DNA of 64,000 nucleotides. Origin: Candidatus Poribacteria bacterium. GTDB lineage: Bacteria; Poribacteria; WGA-4E; PCPOR2b. The position numbers and the translations under genes were made by a program. The notes beneath the pieces are model-generated. The model made no database searches. It was given only the letters and a program-made list of their open reading frames with translations, and was not told the origin of the DNA. Every line of letters starts with the position of its first letter. Within the stretch, counting starts at the first letter, position 1. Below, in pieces: positions 21,858 to 31,400 of this stretch. The stretch is taken from NCBI GenBank assembly GCA_965218095.1, contig OZ244587.1, positions 6,048,001-6,112,000 on the forward strand, read 5' to 3'.

Positions 21858-22739
21858 ATGAACTTGTTTGATGCTGTAGAACGATTTTCTGACCAAGAGA
21901 GTTGTATTAAACACTTAGAAACTATCCGCTGGGGTGGCAAACCTGAGTGTCCATATTGCGAAAGTAAAAAGGTTGCACCGAAGAATGAAGCTAGCATAAT
22001 TGGTCGTTGGAATTGCCATACTTGTAAGTCAAGTTTCAATGTGTTACAGGGAACGATATTTCAAGGAACACAGATTCCACTTCAGAAGTGGTTTATGGCT
22101 ATCCTGTTAATGAACGATGCGAAGAAAAGCCTATCAAGTTGTCAAATGGCTCGTCATTTGGACTTAACGCAACCCTCAGCTTGGTTCATGATGAAACGAA
22201 TCAGGTCTGAGATGGGTAGAAAGGGCAAGGTTTTACTGAGAGGAATTATTGAATGCGATGAAACCTACGTGGGCGGTAAGCCCCGACGACGAAAAGACAA
22301 GGACGGGAACTTGCCTCCACCGAGCAAGCGAGGTAGAGGCACGAAGAAAACGCCCGTTATCGGTGCTGTTGAACGGGCTGGGAATGTTGTGGCGCGTGTA
22401 GCTACGAGTTTGAGTCGTAAGGGCGTTTTGGGGTTCATCAAAGGCGTTATTGAGAAGCCGAAGGATTCAGTTCTAATGACAGATGAGTTCTCATCGTATG
22501 AGGCGGTTGATGGGCTCATGCCTCACCATGTCATCAGACACAAGAACTGGCAGTACGTGGACGGTAATACCCACACAAACACGATTGAAGGGTTCTGGTC
22601 GCTGGTGAAACGTGCGTTTCATGGTACACATCACCACTACAAGCATGTTTCGCTCTACATCGCTGAGGCGTGTTACAAGTACAACAACCGGAAGAACCGG
22701 AACATCTTCAAGAAGTTTATCAGGGAATGCTTTGTGTAG
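21858..22739 (+). CDS. IS1595 (ISXO2-like) transposase
   Basis: Zn ribbon CPYC..CHTC, ECDETYVGG, MTDE and HTNTIEGFWS motifs; intact. Confidence 0.95.
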   Translation: MNLFDAVERFSDQESCIKHLETIRWGGKPECPYCESKKVAPKNEASIIGRWNCHTCKSSFNVLQGTIFQGTQIPLQKWFMAILLMNDAKKSLSSCQMARHLDLTQPSAWFMMKRIRSEMGRKGKVLLRGIIECDETYVGGKPRRRKDKDGNLPPPSKRGRGTKKTPVIGAVERAGNVVARVATSLSRKGVLGFIKGVIEKPKDSVLMTDEFSSYEAVDGLMPHHVIRHKNWQYVDGNTHTNTIEGFWSLVKRAFHGTHHHYKHVSLYIAEACYKYNNRKNRNIFKKFIRECFV

Positions 22740-22777
22740 GGTGGGAAAACCTCTGGAGACTCCATAGAAGGATTAGA

Positions 22778-22972
22778 TTACACTATTTCCAACCTTTTGA
22801 AAATGGTTGTAATTAGTGTGTAGTCATTTTTAAGTAACTGAATTGCAACTCTTAAATCTTCTACGGTTGCAGTAGAGGTAAATAACCTCTCTTCAATTCG
22901 GTGGGTTTTATCAGCATGTTTTTGTAGATGTTCTTTAACACGTTGAATATCCACCTTCCTTTGTGATGACAT
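22778..22972 (-). CDS. IS passenger, 64-aa helical protein
   Basis: Strong RBS AGAAAGGAGG; ORF bracketed by a 14-bp inverted repeat. Confidence 0.7.
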   Translation of the reverse strand: MSSQRKVDIQRVKEHLQKHADKTHRIEERLFTSTATVEDLRVAIQLLKNDYTLITTIFKRLEIV

Positions 22973-23103
22973 AACATCTGCCTCCTTTCTGAGTCATATT
23001 TTCAGAGGTTTTCCCATAAGGGAGTGTCCGGTGGGAGCCGGACACTCTAGCAACAAAATATCAGGGAGTGCTTTGTGTAGCACCCCCTGATATTGCCTAA
23101 GAG

Positions 23104-23214
23104 TTATTGCTTAGGCGTAGCCGTATAAGGACTGCTATACGGCGTTTGATTACCCTTACGTTTAGCGATTTTGAGTACGATAAACGTAAAGGTTTTGCGT
23201 ATTTTTATAAACAC
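23104..23214 (-). CDS. IS passenger, 36-aa basic/hydrophobic peptide
   Basis: GAAAGGAGGGATTATC-GTG start; MFIKIRKTFTFIVLKIAKRKGNQ... Not in the supplied ORF track. Confidence 0.45.
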   Translation of the reverse strand: MFIKIRKTFTFIVLKIAKRKGNQTPYSSPYTATPKQ

Positions 23215-23341
23215 GATAATCCCTCCTTTCATTGGAATAAGTCGTGATGCAGAGGGTGTTATCAGCAGTTGTCCGTATATGTGGACTTACAAGCGTGCCG
23301 TCTTTACGCCTGTAAGACTTGATGTATTTGATGCGTGGCAT
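23162..23341 (-). CDS. IS passenger, 59-aa protein with a YxRKDGTxVxPHxR motif
   Basis: AAAGGAG RBS; MPRIKYIKSYRRKDGTLVSPHIRTTADNT... Shorter than any ORF in the supplied track. Confidence 0.6.
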   Translation of the reverse strand: MPRIKYIKSYRRKDGTLVSPHIRTTADNTLCITTYSNERRDYRVYKNTQNLYVYRTQNR

Positions 23342-23406
23342 GGGGGGTCTCCTTTGCCATGTTGTGGCGGTGGGGGTGCTATAACACCCCCTCGCCTGTT
23401 TTATGT

Positions 23407-23847
23407 CTATCTCATGTGCAATCTTCTAGCAACATTTCGGAGGGTTGTTTCGGTTTGCCCAAATCGTTCCTCCATTTGGGCATAACGCCCCTCTATACTA
23501 TCTATTGACTTGATGACTGCTACATGAGTTGCAAGGGTAGTTGTCATGTACCTGTCCATTCTCGTTACTGACTGTTGAAAAGAATCAAGTTTCTTGTCAA
23601 TATCTTCAACAGGTACGGTTTTCTTCGCAGTTGCATCTCTAGTTTTCAGATTCTCTGCGATGTTGGTAAGCTCTACCCTTCTTAAATTGACGACTTCTTC
23701 TTTCAGTTGTTTTGCTTCATCTCTGAAGTCTATGAAGGACTTTCTGATACTATACAAATCGTCACTACTGGGAATGTGTTTCCAAATGAACTTTCCAGCA
23801 GCAATGATAATGAGTATATCCGCTACTACACTAAGAAAATCACTCAT
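23407..23847 (-). CDS. IS passenger, N-terminal TM + coiled-coil protein (146 aa)
   Basis: Hydrophobic FLSVVADILIIIAAGKFIW followed by heptad-rich helices; AAAGGA RBS. Confidence 0.75.
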   Translation of the reverse strand: MSDFLSVVADILIIIAAGKFIWKHIPSSDDLYSIRKSFIDFRDEAKQLKEEVVNLRRVELTNIAENLKTRDATAKKTVPVEDIDKKLDSFQQSVTRMDRYMTTTLATHVAVIKSIDSIEGRYAQMEERFGQTETTLRNVARRLHMR

Positions 23848-25489
23848 TGGGGTGTCCTTTACTTTGGCGAGGAAAGGTAAAACAAGCCAACGATTTAATA
23901 AACTTCAGAATCACAGGCTTGTAACACCCCAATAATATCACATATTCAAAGAATCTGCAAGCCAATTATTTATAAATGCGTAGATCTTTACGTTGTCAGG
24001 AATCGGTTGCGTCGTTGACGTAATCTTGACGATCTCATTCGCCGCGCTCTCAACACTGTCGTAAACTCCCGTGCCGACGCCCGCGAGAATTGCCGCGCCA
24101 AATGCGGGGCCTTCGGCGATGTTGATTGTGACCAACTCGGCGTTATAGACATCGGCTTGGATCTGCCGCCAAAGCGGACTCCGCGCCCCACCGCCGGTGG
24201 CGCAGATCTGCTCGATCGGAACATCCAGTTCACGAATAATCTCCAATGAGTCCCGCAAGACGTAGGCGACGCCCTCCATCACCGATCGAACCAGGTGCGG
24301 CTTGCCGTGCCGTAGTGTCATACCGAAGAACGTCGCTTTGGCATTCGCATCCGCGTGCGGCGTCCGTTCGCCGGTGAGGTACGGCAAGAAAATTAAGCCC
24401 TCGCTGCCGACGGGCGCTTCCGCTGCTTCTCTGGTCAAAATCTCATACGGATCGACGCCCTCGATTTTTGCCGCTGCAACCTCATGGTCACCTAAACTAT
24501 CGCGGAACCAGCGAAATGCCCCCCCGGCTGAAAGCACCACGCCCATCAAATACCATTTATGCGGCGCGGAATGGCAAAAGCTGTGCGCTCGCAAGTTCAA
24601 GTCAACCTTGGCTTCATCGGTATGCGCAACGATTGCCCCTGATGTCCCAACACTCGCTGAAACCCGTCCTGCTTTGACAATCCCGTTGCCGACAGCGCTG
24701 CAAGCGTTGTCCGCCCCGCCCCCAACGACTGACGTTTCCGCCCTGAGTCCCGTCAATTCGGCGACCTCGGCGGTAATCTTTCCGCAGACATCAACCGATT
24801 CGTACACGGGCGGCAGGAGGTCCGAATCGATATCGAGTTTACGCAGCACTTCCTCAGACCAGCGGCGATTCCGCACATCAAACAGGAGCGTCCCTGCGGC
24901 ATCAGAAACCTCCGCGGCGATTTCTCCCGTCAAGCAGAAGCGGACGTAATCTTTTGGGAGGAGTATCGTTGTGGTTTTGTCCAGGACTTCCGGCTCATTA
25001 TCTCGAACCCAGATCGCTTTCGGCGCAGTAAATCCCTCGAGTGCAGGGTTGCATGTGCTTTGTACCAACAGGTTTTCGCCGACAGTCCCTGTGATGTAGC
25101 GGCATTGCTCAGTTGTTCTCACATCGCACCAGAGGATCGCCGGACGCAGCACGCGACGTTCGCCGTCCATCAGCACCAGGCCGTGCATCTGCCCGGAAAG
25201 CCCCAATCCCTTGATCTCGTCAGGCAAAACCTGCGATTCGGCAAGCACCCTTTGGATGGATTTCACTATTGCCTGCCACCAGTCCTCGGAGTCTTGTTCC
25301 GCCCATTTCGGTTGAGGCGTGTGCAGCGGATACTCCTCTAACGCACTCGCGTGGAGTTTACCCGCTTCATCAACGAGGATGGTTTTTGCACCTGTTGTTC
25401 CAACATCAATTCCGATGAGATATGTCATGCATTCTCTCCTTGATTTCTACTTCAATAATCATATTTCTCCATCTCATGCGTATCCTTCT

Positions 25490-25660
25490 AGCTGCCAGTT
25501 TAGAAACTGCGTGACGTCACTCGCCGCCGAGTCAGCGTGCCCTCTGACGTAATCGCTTGGGTTGTGCAAAGCAGTTTCAATCACAGGCTTGACCCGTTTT
25601 TCATCCAACTGACTGAAACGGCGTACGAGGTGTCCAAAGCCCAGCACTGCGTTCCCACGT
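25490..25660 (-). pseudogene. HEAT-like small protein remnant
   Basis: RGNAVLGFGHLVRRFSQLDEKRVKPVIETALHNPSDYVRGHA, without an intact start. Confidence 0.4.
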
Positions 25661-25908
25661 ATATTTTTTCCGTAAATAACGAATCAAGTCTCCGCGCTTA
25701 ATCGGACCAGAGCGAGGCATTTCTGGCATGACCTAAAGCCGCCTGTATGTAATTCGTCAAAATCGTTGTGCTCCTTGTGCGCGAAGCGTGGTCATTGATA
25801 CAGGAATGCGGAAATACAAATGTATCCTCACATCCCTATATCAATAATTCTCCACATCTTTGTATCTGCGACGACACTTCGCTGCTCCCTATGCTTAGTG
25901 AAGAACCC

Positions 25909-27150
25909 TTACTGCCCCGGATACGCCCGGTTTTCCAACTCCGCGATAAACTTCTCCGCCGAAATTGCCGCTGCGGCGCCGGCGCCGCCGGCAGTAATCG
26001 CCTGTCGGAAGACGTGATCGTGTACATCACCCGCTGCAAAGACGCCCTCAATGTTTGTACGCTGGAGTTTGTCAGCGATAATGTATTCTTGCTCATCCAT
26101 GTCGATAACCCCTTTGAATAGCTCAGTATTCGGGATGTGTCCAATGAAAATAAACACCCCATCAATCGGGAACACCTGCTTTTCGTCGGTCTTCACATTT
26201 CTGAGCAGCGCGCCGGTGACCTTTTCACCATCGCCGCGGATGTCTTCAACGACCGTATCCCAAATGAACCGAATCTTGTCGTTTTTGAAGGCGCGTTCTT
26301 GCATAATTTGGCTAGCACGAAGCTGATCTCGACGGTGAACGACATAAACCTCTGAGGCATACTTTGTCAGAAATATCCCCTCCTCAAGGGCAGCGTCGCC
26401 GCCACCGACAACGATGAGGCGTTGGTTCTGAAAGAAGAACCCATCACAGGTCGCGCAGTAGGAAACGCCACGCCCACCGTATTCTTCCTCACCGCGAATG
26501 TCGAGTGTACGTGGCGAAGCACCGGTGCAGATAATGACGGCTTTGGCAAGATATTCCTTTTCGTAGGTTTTCAAGTAGAACGGGTGGCGATTGAAATCAA
26601 CCTCCGCCACCATGTCAAACCGCACCTCTGTCCCGAAACGCTCGGCTTGCTCTTGCATCCCCTTGATGAACTCGGCAGCTTCGGTGCCAAAGAAGCCCGG
26701 ATAGTTTTCGAGGTCGAGTGTTAGTGAGAGTTGCCCACCAAGCGCGTCCCCGGTGATGAGCAGTGGTTCGAGCATCGCCCGTGAAGTGTAGACACCTGCG
26801 GCGAAACCAGCTATCCCTCCACCAATGATAATGACGTTACGTTCTTCTAAACCATCGCCATCGTTTTTTTGGGGTTCTGTCACTTGCGTTTCTCCTCCTT
26901 GTCGAAATATCTCATCCAATTCGCCCGAATTCGCAAGTTCTGCCAGATCATCATCATCGCCAATATGCTGATCATCGATGAAGATTTGCGGCACATCACG
27001 TCTTTCCGTCAACTGTTGGATTTCATCGCGCATTGAGGGGTTTCCGTAGATGTTGATCTCTTCAAATTCGAGTCCTTTACTTTCAAGGATATATTTTGCC
27101 CGATCACAGTATGAGCAAAAATCAGTCGTGTATATTCTGATATGTGGCAT
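25909..27150 (-). CDS. trxB: Glutaredoxin-thioredoxin reductase fusion
   Basis: N-terminal Grx (CSYC, VPQIFI), then TrxB (GGGIAG, ENYPG, CATCDG, GGGDAA, HRRD, AAGD). Confidence 0.92.
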   Translation of the reverse strand: MPHIRIYTTDFCSYCDRAKYILESKGLEFEEINIYGNPSMRDEIQQLTERRDVPQIFIDDQHIGDDDDLAELANSGELDEIFRQGGETQVTEPQKNDGDGLEERNVIIIGGGIAGFAAGVYTSRAMLEPLLITGDALGGQLSLTLDLENYPGFFGTEAAEFIKGMQEQAERFGTEVRFDMVAEVDFNRHPFYLKTYEKEYLAKAVIICTGASPRTLDIRGEEEYGGRGVSYCATCDGFFFQNQRLIVVGGGDAALEEGIFLTKYASEVYVVHRRDQLRASQIMQERAFKNDKIRFIWDTVVEDIRGDGEKVTGALLRNVKTDEKQVFPIDGVFIFIGHIPNTELFKGVIDMDEQEYIIADKLQRTNIEGVFAAGDVHDHVFRQAITAGGAGAAAAISAEKFIAELENRAYPGQ

Positions 27151-27200
27151 TTATGAGATCCTTTCATGTACCTAAGGTTAATTTGGAAATTTCTGGGGTA

Positions 27201-28019
27201 TCAGTACCGTCTTTCCCAACGCCAGCTATCGTTTCCAGAGATTAACGGCTGAATCTCCTCAGGCAAGGTTTCGATAAATTCAGGACTGATTTCATTTCCG
27301 GGCCACTCGCGCAGCATCGGTGGTGTATATCCGGCGACCAGGATGGTGCGTTCCTTGTCGCTACGGATGGCGGTCGTGCTGTGGATAAGGGCTTCTGCGA
27401 AGAGGAGTACAGAGCCAGCGGTCGCTTCAACTTGATAAATCAGCTTGTCGTCTGATAGCGCGGCTTCAATCATCTCCTCTCGAGGCCAGGTGAGCCGGTG
27501 ACTACCCGGAATAACGCAGGTGCCGCCATCGTCGGGGCCCACATTGGTAAGATAAGCCAACGTCTTCACGAAGATGCAATGGAATTTGTTTTGCTCAATG
27601 TAAGTCCCCCAACCGTGCTGTGTCCCGCGATGAAACCCGGTGGGATTGTAACGTTGCTTGTAGAGTTCTTTGAGGTCTGCATTTGGATCTCGGTGGTTGA
27701 TGATTGCTTCGGTCTCCTCAAGGCGCACCTTGCCACCGACAATGTCCTCAACAAGCGGTACCAATTTGGGATGGGTAGCATATTCCAGCAAAGCGGGATC
27801 GTACTCAACCAGGTTGCCCAAAAGTATATGGTGGTCGCCCCGCTTGTGAGTGTAAACCCGCTTGGATTTCAGAGTAGGATCGGCTTTCATGCGATAGAGT
27901 GCGTCCTTCATTCGGGACCCTTCATCAGGCGTCAGGACGTTCTCCAGCAAGACAAAACCGTAGATGTCGAAGTGTAGGCGTTGCGCCGGTGTAAGACTAA
28001 CTGTTTCGGTGTTTTCCAT
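27201..28019 (-). CDS. Phytanoyl-CoA dioxygenase (PhyH) family protein
   Basis: FDIYGFVLLENVL, FHRG, DGGTCVIPGSH and EALIH motifs. Confidence 0.85.
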   Translation of the reverse strand: MENTETVSLTPAQRLHFDIYGFVLLENVLTPDEGSRMKDALYRMKADPTLKSKRVYTHKRGDHHILLGNLVEYDPALLEYATHPKLVPLVEDIVGGKVRLEETEAIINHRDPNADLKELYKQRYNPTGFHRGTQHGWGTYIEQNKFHCIFVKTLAYLTNVGPDDGGTCVIPGSHRLTWPREEMIEAALSDDKLIYQVEATAGSVLLFAEALIHSTTAIRSDKERTILVAGYTPPMLREWPGNEISPEFIETLPEEIQPLISGNDSWRWERRY

Positions 28020-28059
28020 ACTCATGAATCCTTTCATAATATCCTGTGTGGCTCTCCCT

Positions 28060-28111
28060 CAATTTGTACCCTCCAATTATTGAAATTCTCGTCAGCAGCT
28101 AGCCGTAGCAT
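28060..28111 (-). pseudogene. DUF5615 (PIN-like) toxin, only the first ~12 codons remain
   Basis: MLRLAADENFNN overlaps the end of the DUF433 gene. Confidence 0.65.
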
Positions 28112-28451
28112 GACTCACAGCCTCCTGCTTGGTACGCCGAGCTAACAGACAGTCACACACGCCGTTCAGGTCAAATCGAAACTCATTCTGCTTGCGTATG
28201 CTATCTGCTTGCTTTTGTCGCTGTCGCAAATAAGCTTCTACCTCCTTATGTCGCCGCAGATAGTGTGCAATCACAGCATACACATCGGCTAGATGGAGGG
28301 AGGGATACTGATGCGCAATCTCTCCAGCGGTTGCACCTTCATTAAACGCCGCCACAATTGTATCGAGCGTTATACGAGTCCCGCCAACACGAATAACACC
28401 ACCAGTGTCCATCTCTAGCGGGATTAGTTCGGTTTCGATTAAAAAAGACAT
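28092..28451 (-). CDS. DUF433 antitoxin-like protein
   Basis: IRVGGTRITLDTIV..GATAGEI..QYPSL.LADVYAVIAHY. Confidence 0.88.
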   Translation of the reverse strand: MSFLIETELIPLEMDTGGVIRVGGTRITLDTIVAAFNEGATAGEIAHQYPSLHLADVYAVIAHYLRRHKEVEAYLRQRQKQADSIRKQNEFRFDLNGVCDCLLARRTKQEAVSHATASC

Positions 28452-28469
28452 GATATACCCTCCTGGTTT

Positions 28470-31400
28470 TCACTTTGCCAAAGACTCATAATACCGATCG
28501 ACCAACGTGCGATATTCCGGCGGCACGTCTTCCTTCAGGACCTGTGCCAGGCGCTTCTTCTCTTGAATCTCTACAAGCCAGTCCTCAAGGGCGCCCTCAA
28601 GTTTCCTGAGTTCATGCAGGGCAAAATCGTAGTTGGGGAACGGTGTCCTACGATTGCCTCGACGACTGCTCATCGCATTAATTGCCCCAAGCCACAGTTC
28701 TTTGATCTCCCGATCCGATTCCGCGCCTCCGGCTCGCGCCTGTTGTGCCTGCATTGCATCCTGCGCACGCTGCTGGATCCGCGTCTGCTGCTCGGACAAC
28801 TGTCGCTGACGTTGTTCCTGCTCAGGCGTCAACGGCGTTTCCTGATTATCCATCGCCTCAAGTTCGCGCTGGATGTCCTGCATCTGGTCTTCCCAACTTT
28901 CGATTTGCTCCAATGTGGCTTCGAGTTGTTCCTCCTCGGTGGCCGCCATATTCGACCGGGCTTGCTGCAAATCATCTCGTGCCTGCAAGAGGGTATCAAG
29001 AACCACCCGCTGATTCTGCTCGGACGCTAGGAAGTTGCGCCACTGCAACGCCCGTTGCGCATCTGCCATATTTTCAGGCGCACCCTCTTCAACGAGACGG
29101 CGCCTTGCATCTGCAACATTTCGCGTGGCTTGCGGATTATTCTCGTTAAGCGCATCTTGCAGATTAGAGAGGTTGCGTTGCAGGTGGCCGAGATCTTGAC
29201 GAAGGGTTCGTTGTTGATTCGCTAACTGAGAGGCTTGCCGCAGATCTTCGGGACGCATTCCATTTTGCTGAGTCCGCTCCTGAAGCGCCTCCGTCTGCTG
29301 TTGAACTTCCGATTGCTCTGCCATAAGTTGATCTAGCTGTTGGGTCGCATCCTCAAGGGCTTGATCCGTGAACTGTGCAGCAACCTTCTCAAGCTCTTCG
29401 ATTGCTCGCTGAAGGTTTTCTTCGGCTTTTTGCCCCTTCGCGGCGCTCACCTGCGGGCGTTGTTTTCCCATATTTTGCGCAGCCTGCTGCATATTCTCAG
29501 ACGCCTGCTGCAATGCTTCGCCTGCTTGCTCCATGCGCTGTCCTGTATTGTTCTGTCCAGCGTCCTGCCCCGGTTGCTGTCCCATCTGTTGGGTCTGTTG
29601 TCCCATCTGTTGCGCTTGTTGCGCCAACTGCCCCTGTTGTTGGCTAACCTCCTGCATCTCGCGCTGCGAAGGGCGCCCCTCACGTCCCAACTGCTGGCTC
29701 TGCTGCGTGAGTTGTTGCTGTTGAGCGAGCATTTCTCGTGCATGGTCTAGCATCTCCTGCGTCTGCTCACGCATCTCCTCATCCAACTCATCCTCATCTT
29801 CCTCAAACACGCTCTGCAGATCGTCCATCTCCATCTCTATGTTATCAGCGACTTCTTGATTCCCGCTTTCTCGCATCCGCCTCAACACTTTATCCATCTC
29901 CTGTGCGACTTTGATAAGCAATTCAAGTGCGTCTTGCTCATAAGGCATTGCCTCTCGTGACTGAATTGCATAGAGTGCATCACTAGCTTGACCCATCTTA
30001 TCAATGGCTTCTTCCATGTTCATTAGAATCTCCGGATCAACAAAGCCGGTACGCATGAACGAGCTAATCTCATCGACGAACCGTTGCGCCATATCTTTCA
30101 GCTTGGATTGCTTCTCGCCGGTTTTCTTGACGGCAAGTTTGTAGGCATCTGTAAGCGGAGATGGACGAGAATTGATATGGCGCCATGTTTCCCTGATAAT
30201 CTGCTTTTGAATTGCGATTAGCTTATGACACACATTTTGCCCACCTTGTGTTTGCACCTCCACATATCTTTCACTAAACGGGCGCACTTCGATGAAATAA
30301 ATTTGAGAGGCACTCACCCCCGGTCCTGTTCGTGAATTGTTGTCAGTGGCTTCAGCGTAGTAGGAGATGACTTCCCCCGGTTCCACATCAATCTCCTCAA
30401 GGTAGAAGATGTAGGCACCAGAGATTATCTTGCGCTCTTCAACTTCGACGGTTTCCACCGGCAACGCTTGCGTTTCACCGGATCCAATGCTGTACTTCAA
30501 TGCCATTTTTTCAATACCGTAGTCATCTATCGCCTCGGCGACAATTTTAACCTCTTCTAGCTTCGTGGCTTTGATATCCCGTCCCGGCTCTTTGATGACA
30601 ATCTCAGGCGGTTCATCAGGAATCGCGGTAATCGAATATTCGATCGGCGTCTGGTTTTTGAAACCATCAACGCAAAGGAGTTCAACGCTGTACCTCCCAT
30701 CTTCCAGAACATCGAGGGTTGTCGTCAGTGTGCGGCCATCAGAGATGATCATAGCGGTCAAATCCTTTCCCGCTACCGTGAGCGTCGTGGACTGAATGGC
30801 TTTGTTCGTCGCGATACGGACTTCTGCCTCAGATCCAGCGACAGCGCGGATGTCCCCATCCCCCTGCTGCACGATCGGTTTCAATTGCGTATGTTCAGGA
30901 TAGGTGTAGGCGACCTCGATTGCACTAACTTTGGGCATGTCAAACACTTCAACGGTGTAACGCTCCGATTCGGCTTCATTCGCCACTACGTAGTATTTCA
31001 TGTTTTCATTGATATTGAAGATTTCATAACCGAAGAGATGTTTTTCACCTGCGATTCGCACCATATCGATCTGCTGTTCCCCCGATCTCTGATCGGGGAT
31101 TTCGCGCAGTTTATCCCAATCTTTGGATTGGGGCTCAACTTGCGATTCTGTATCGGCGGCTAGAGTCGCCTTTGTATAGACAAGTCTCACCTTGTCTGCG
31201 AATTTGCCGGTGACTTCGACATTGATCGCAAGACTTCGGCCACGCAAGATGCGAGCATTACCCGGCTCGACCGTCAGCTTTGTCGTCAACACCGGATCCG
31301 TCTTTTCCCACGGGGTCAACAAACGGTCCAGCGTAATGCCAATCTCAGCGGGGAAAATCAAGGCGAGCAGCGCACAGCCGGCAATGGCGACAAACGCAAT

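Larger units (their letters stand above)
21770..23980 (+). mobile_element. IS1595-family transporter IS with passenger genes (2211 bp)
   Basis: IRs CGCGCTTATAAGGTTTAGGCTTGCA / TGCAAGCCAATTATTTATAAATGCG; 8-bp TSD TAGATCTT (21762-21769, 23981-23988). Confidence 0.93.
21647..25428 (-). pseudogene. xylB: Xylulokinase split by IS1595 (C-terminal ~38 aa displaced)
   Basis: GIDVGTT, SGQMHG, GGADNA and PYLTGERTP motifs. The ORF reads NVKIY into the IS, and KIYEEYYQIYRNLYPALK resumes left of the TSD. Confidence 0.9.

Noticed and set aside
23022-23396. CRISPR array or attC cassette array
   Set aside because: The hairpins differ in sequence, with no repeated unit, regular spacing or consistent RYYYAAC/GTTRRRY boxes.
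29340-29750. Q-rich repeats and antisense ORFs in the DUF4175-like gene
   Set aside because: These are protein-level low complexity, and the shadow ORFs are antisense artefacts, as are most short overlapping ORFs in the track.
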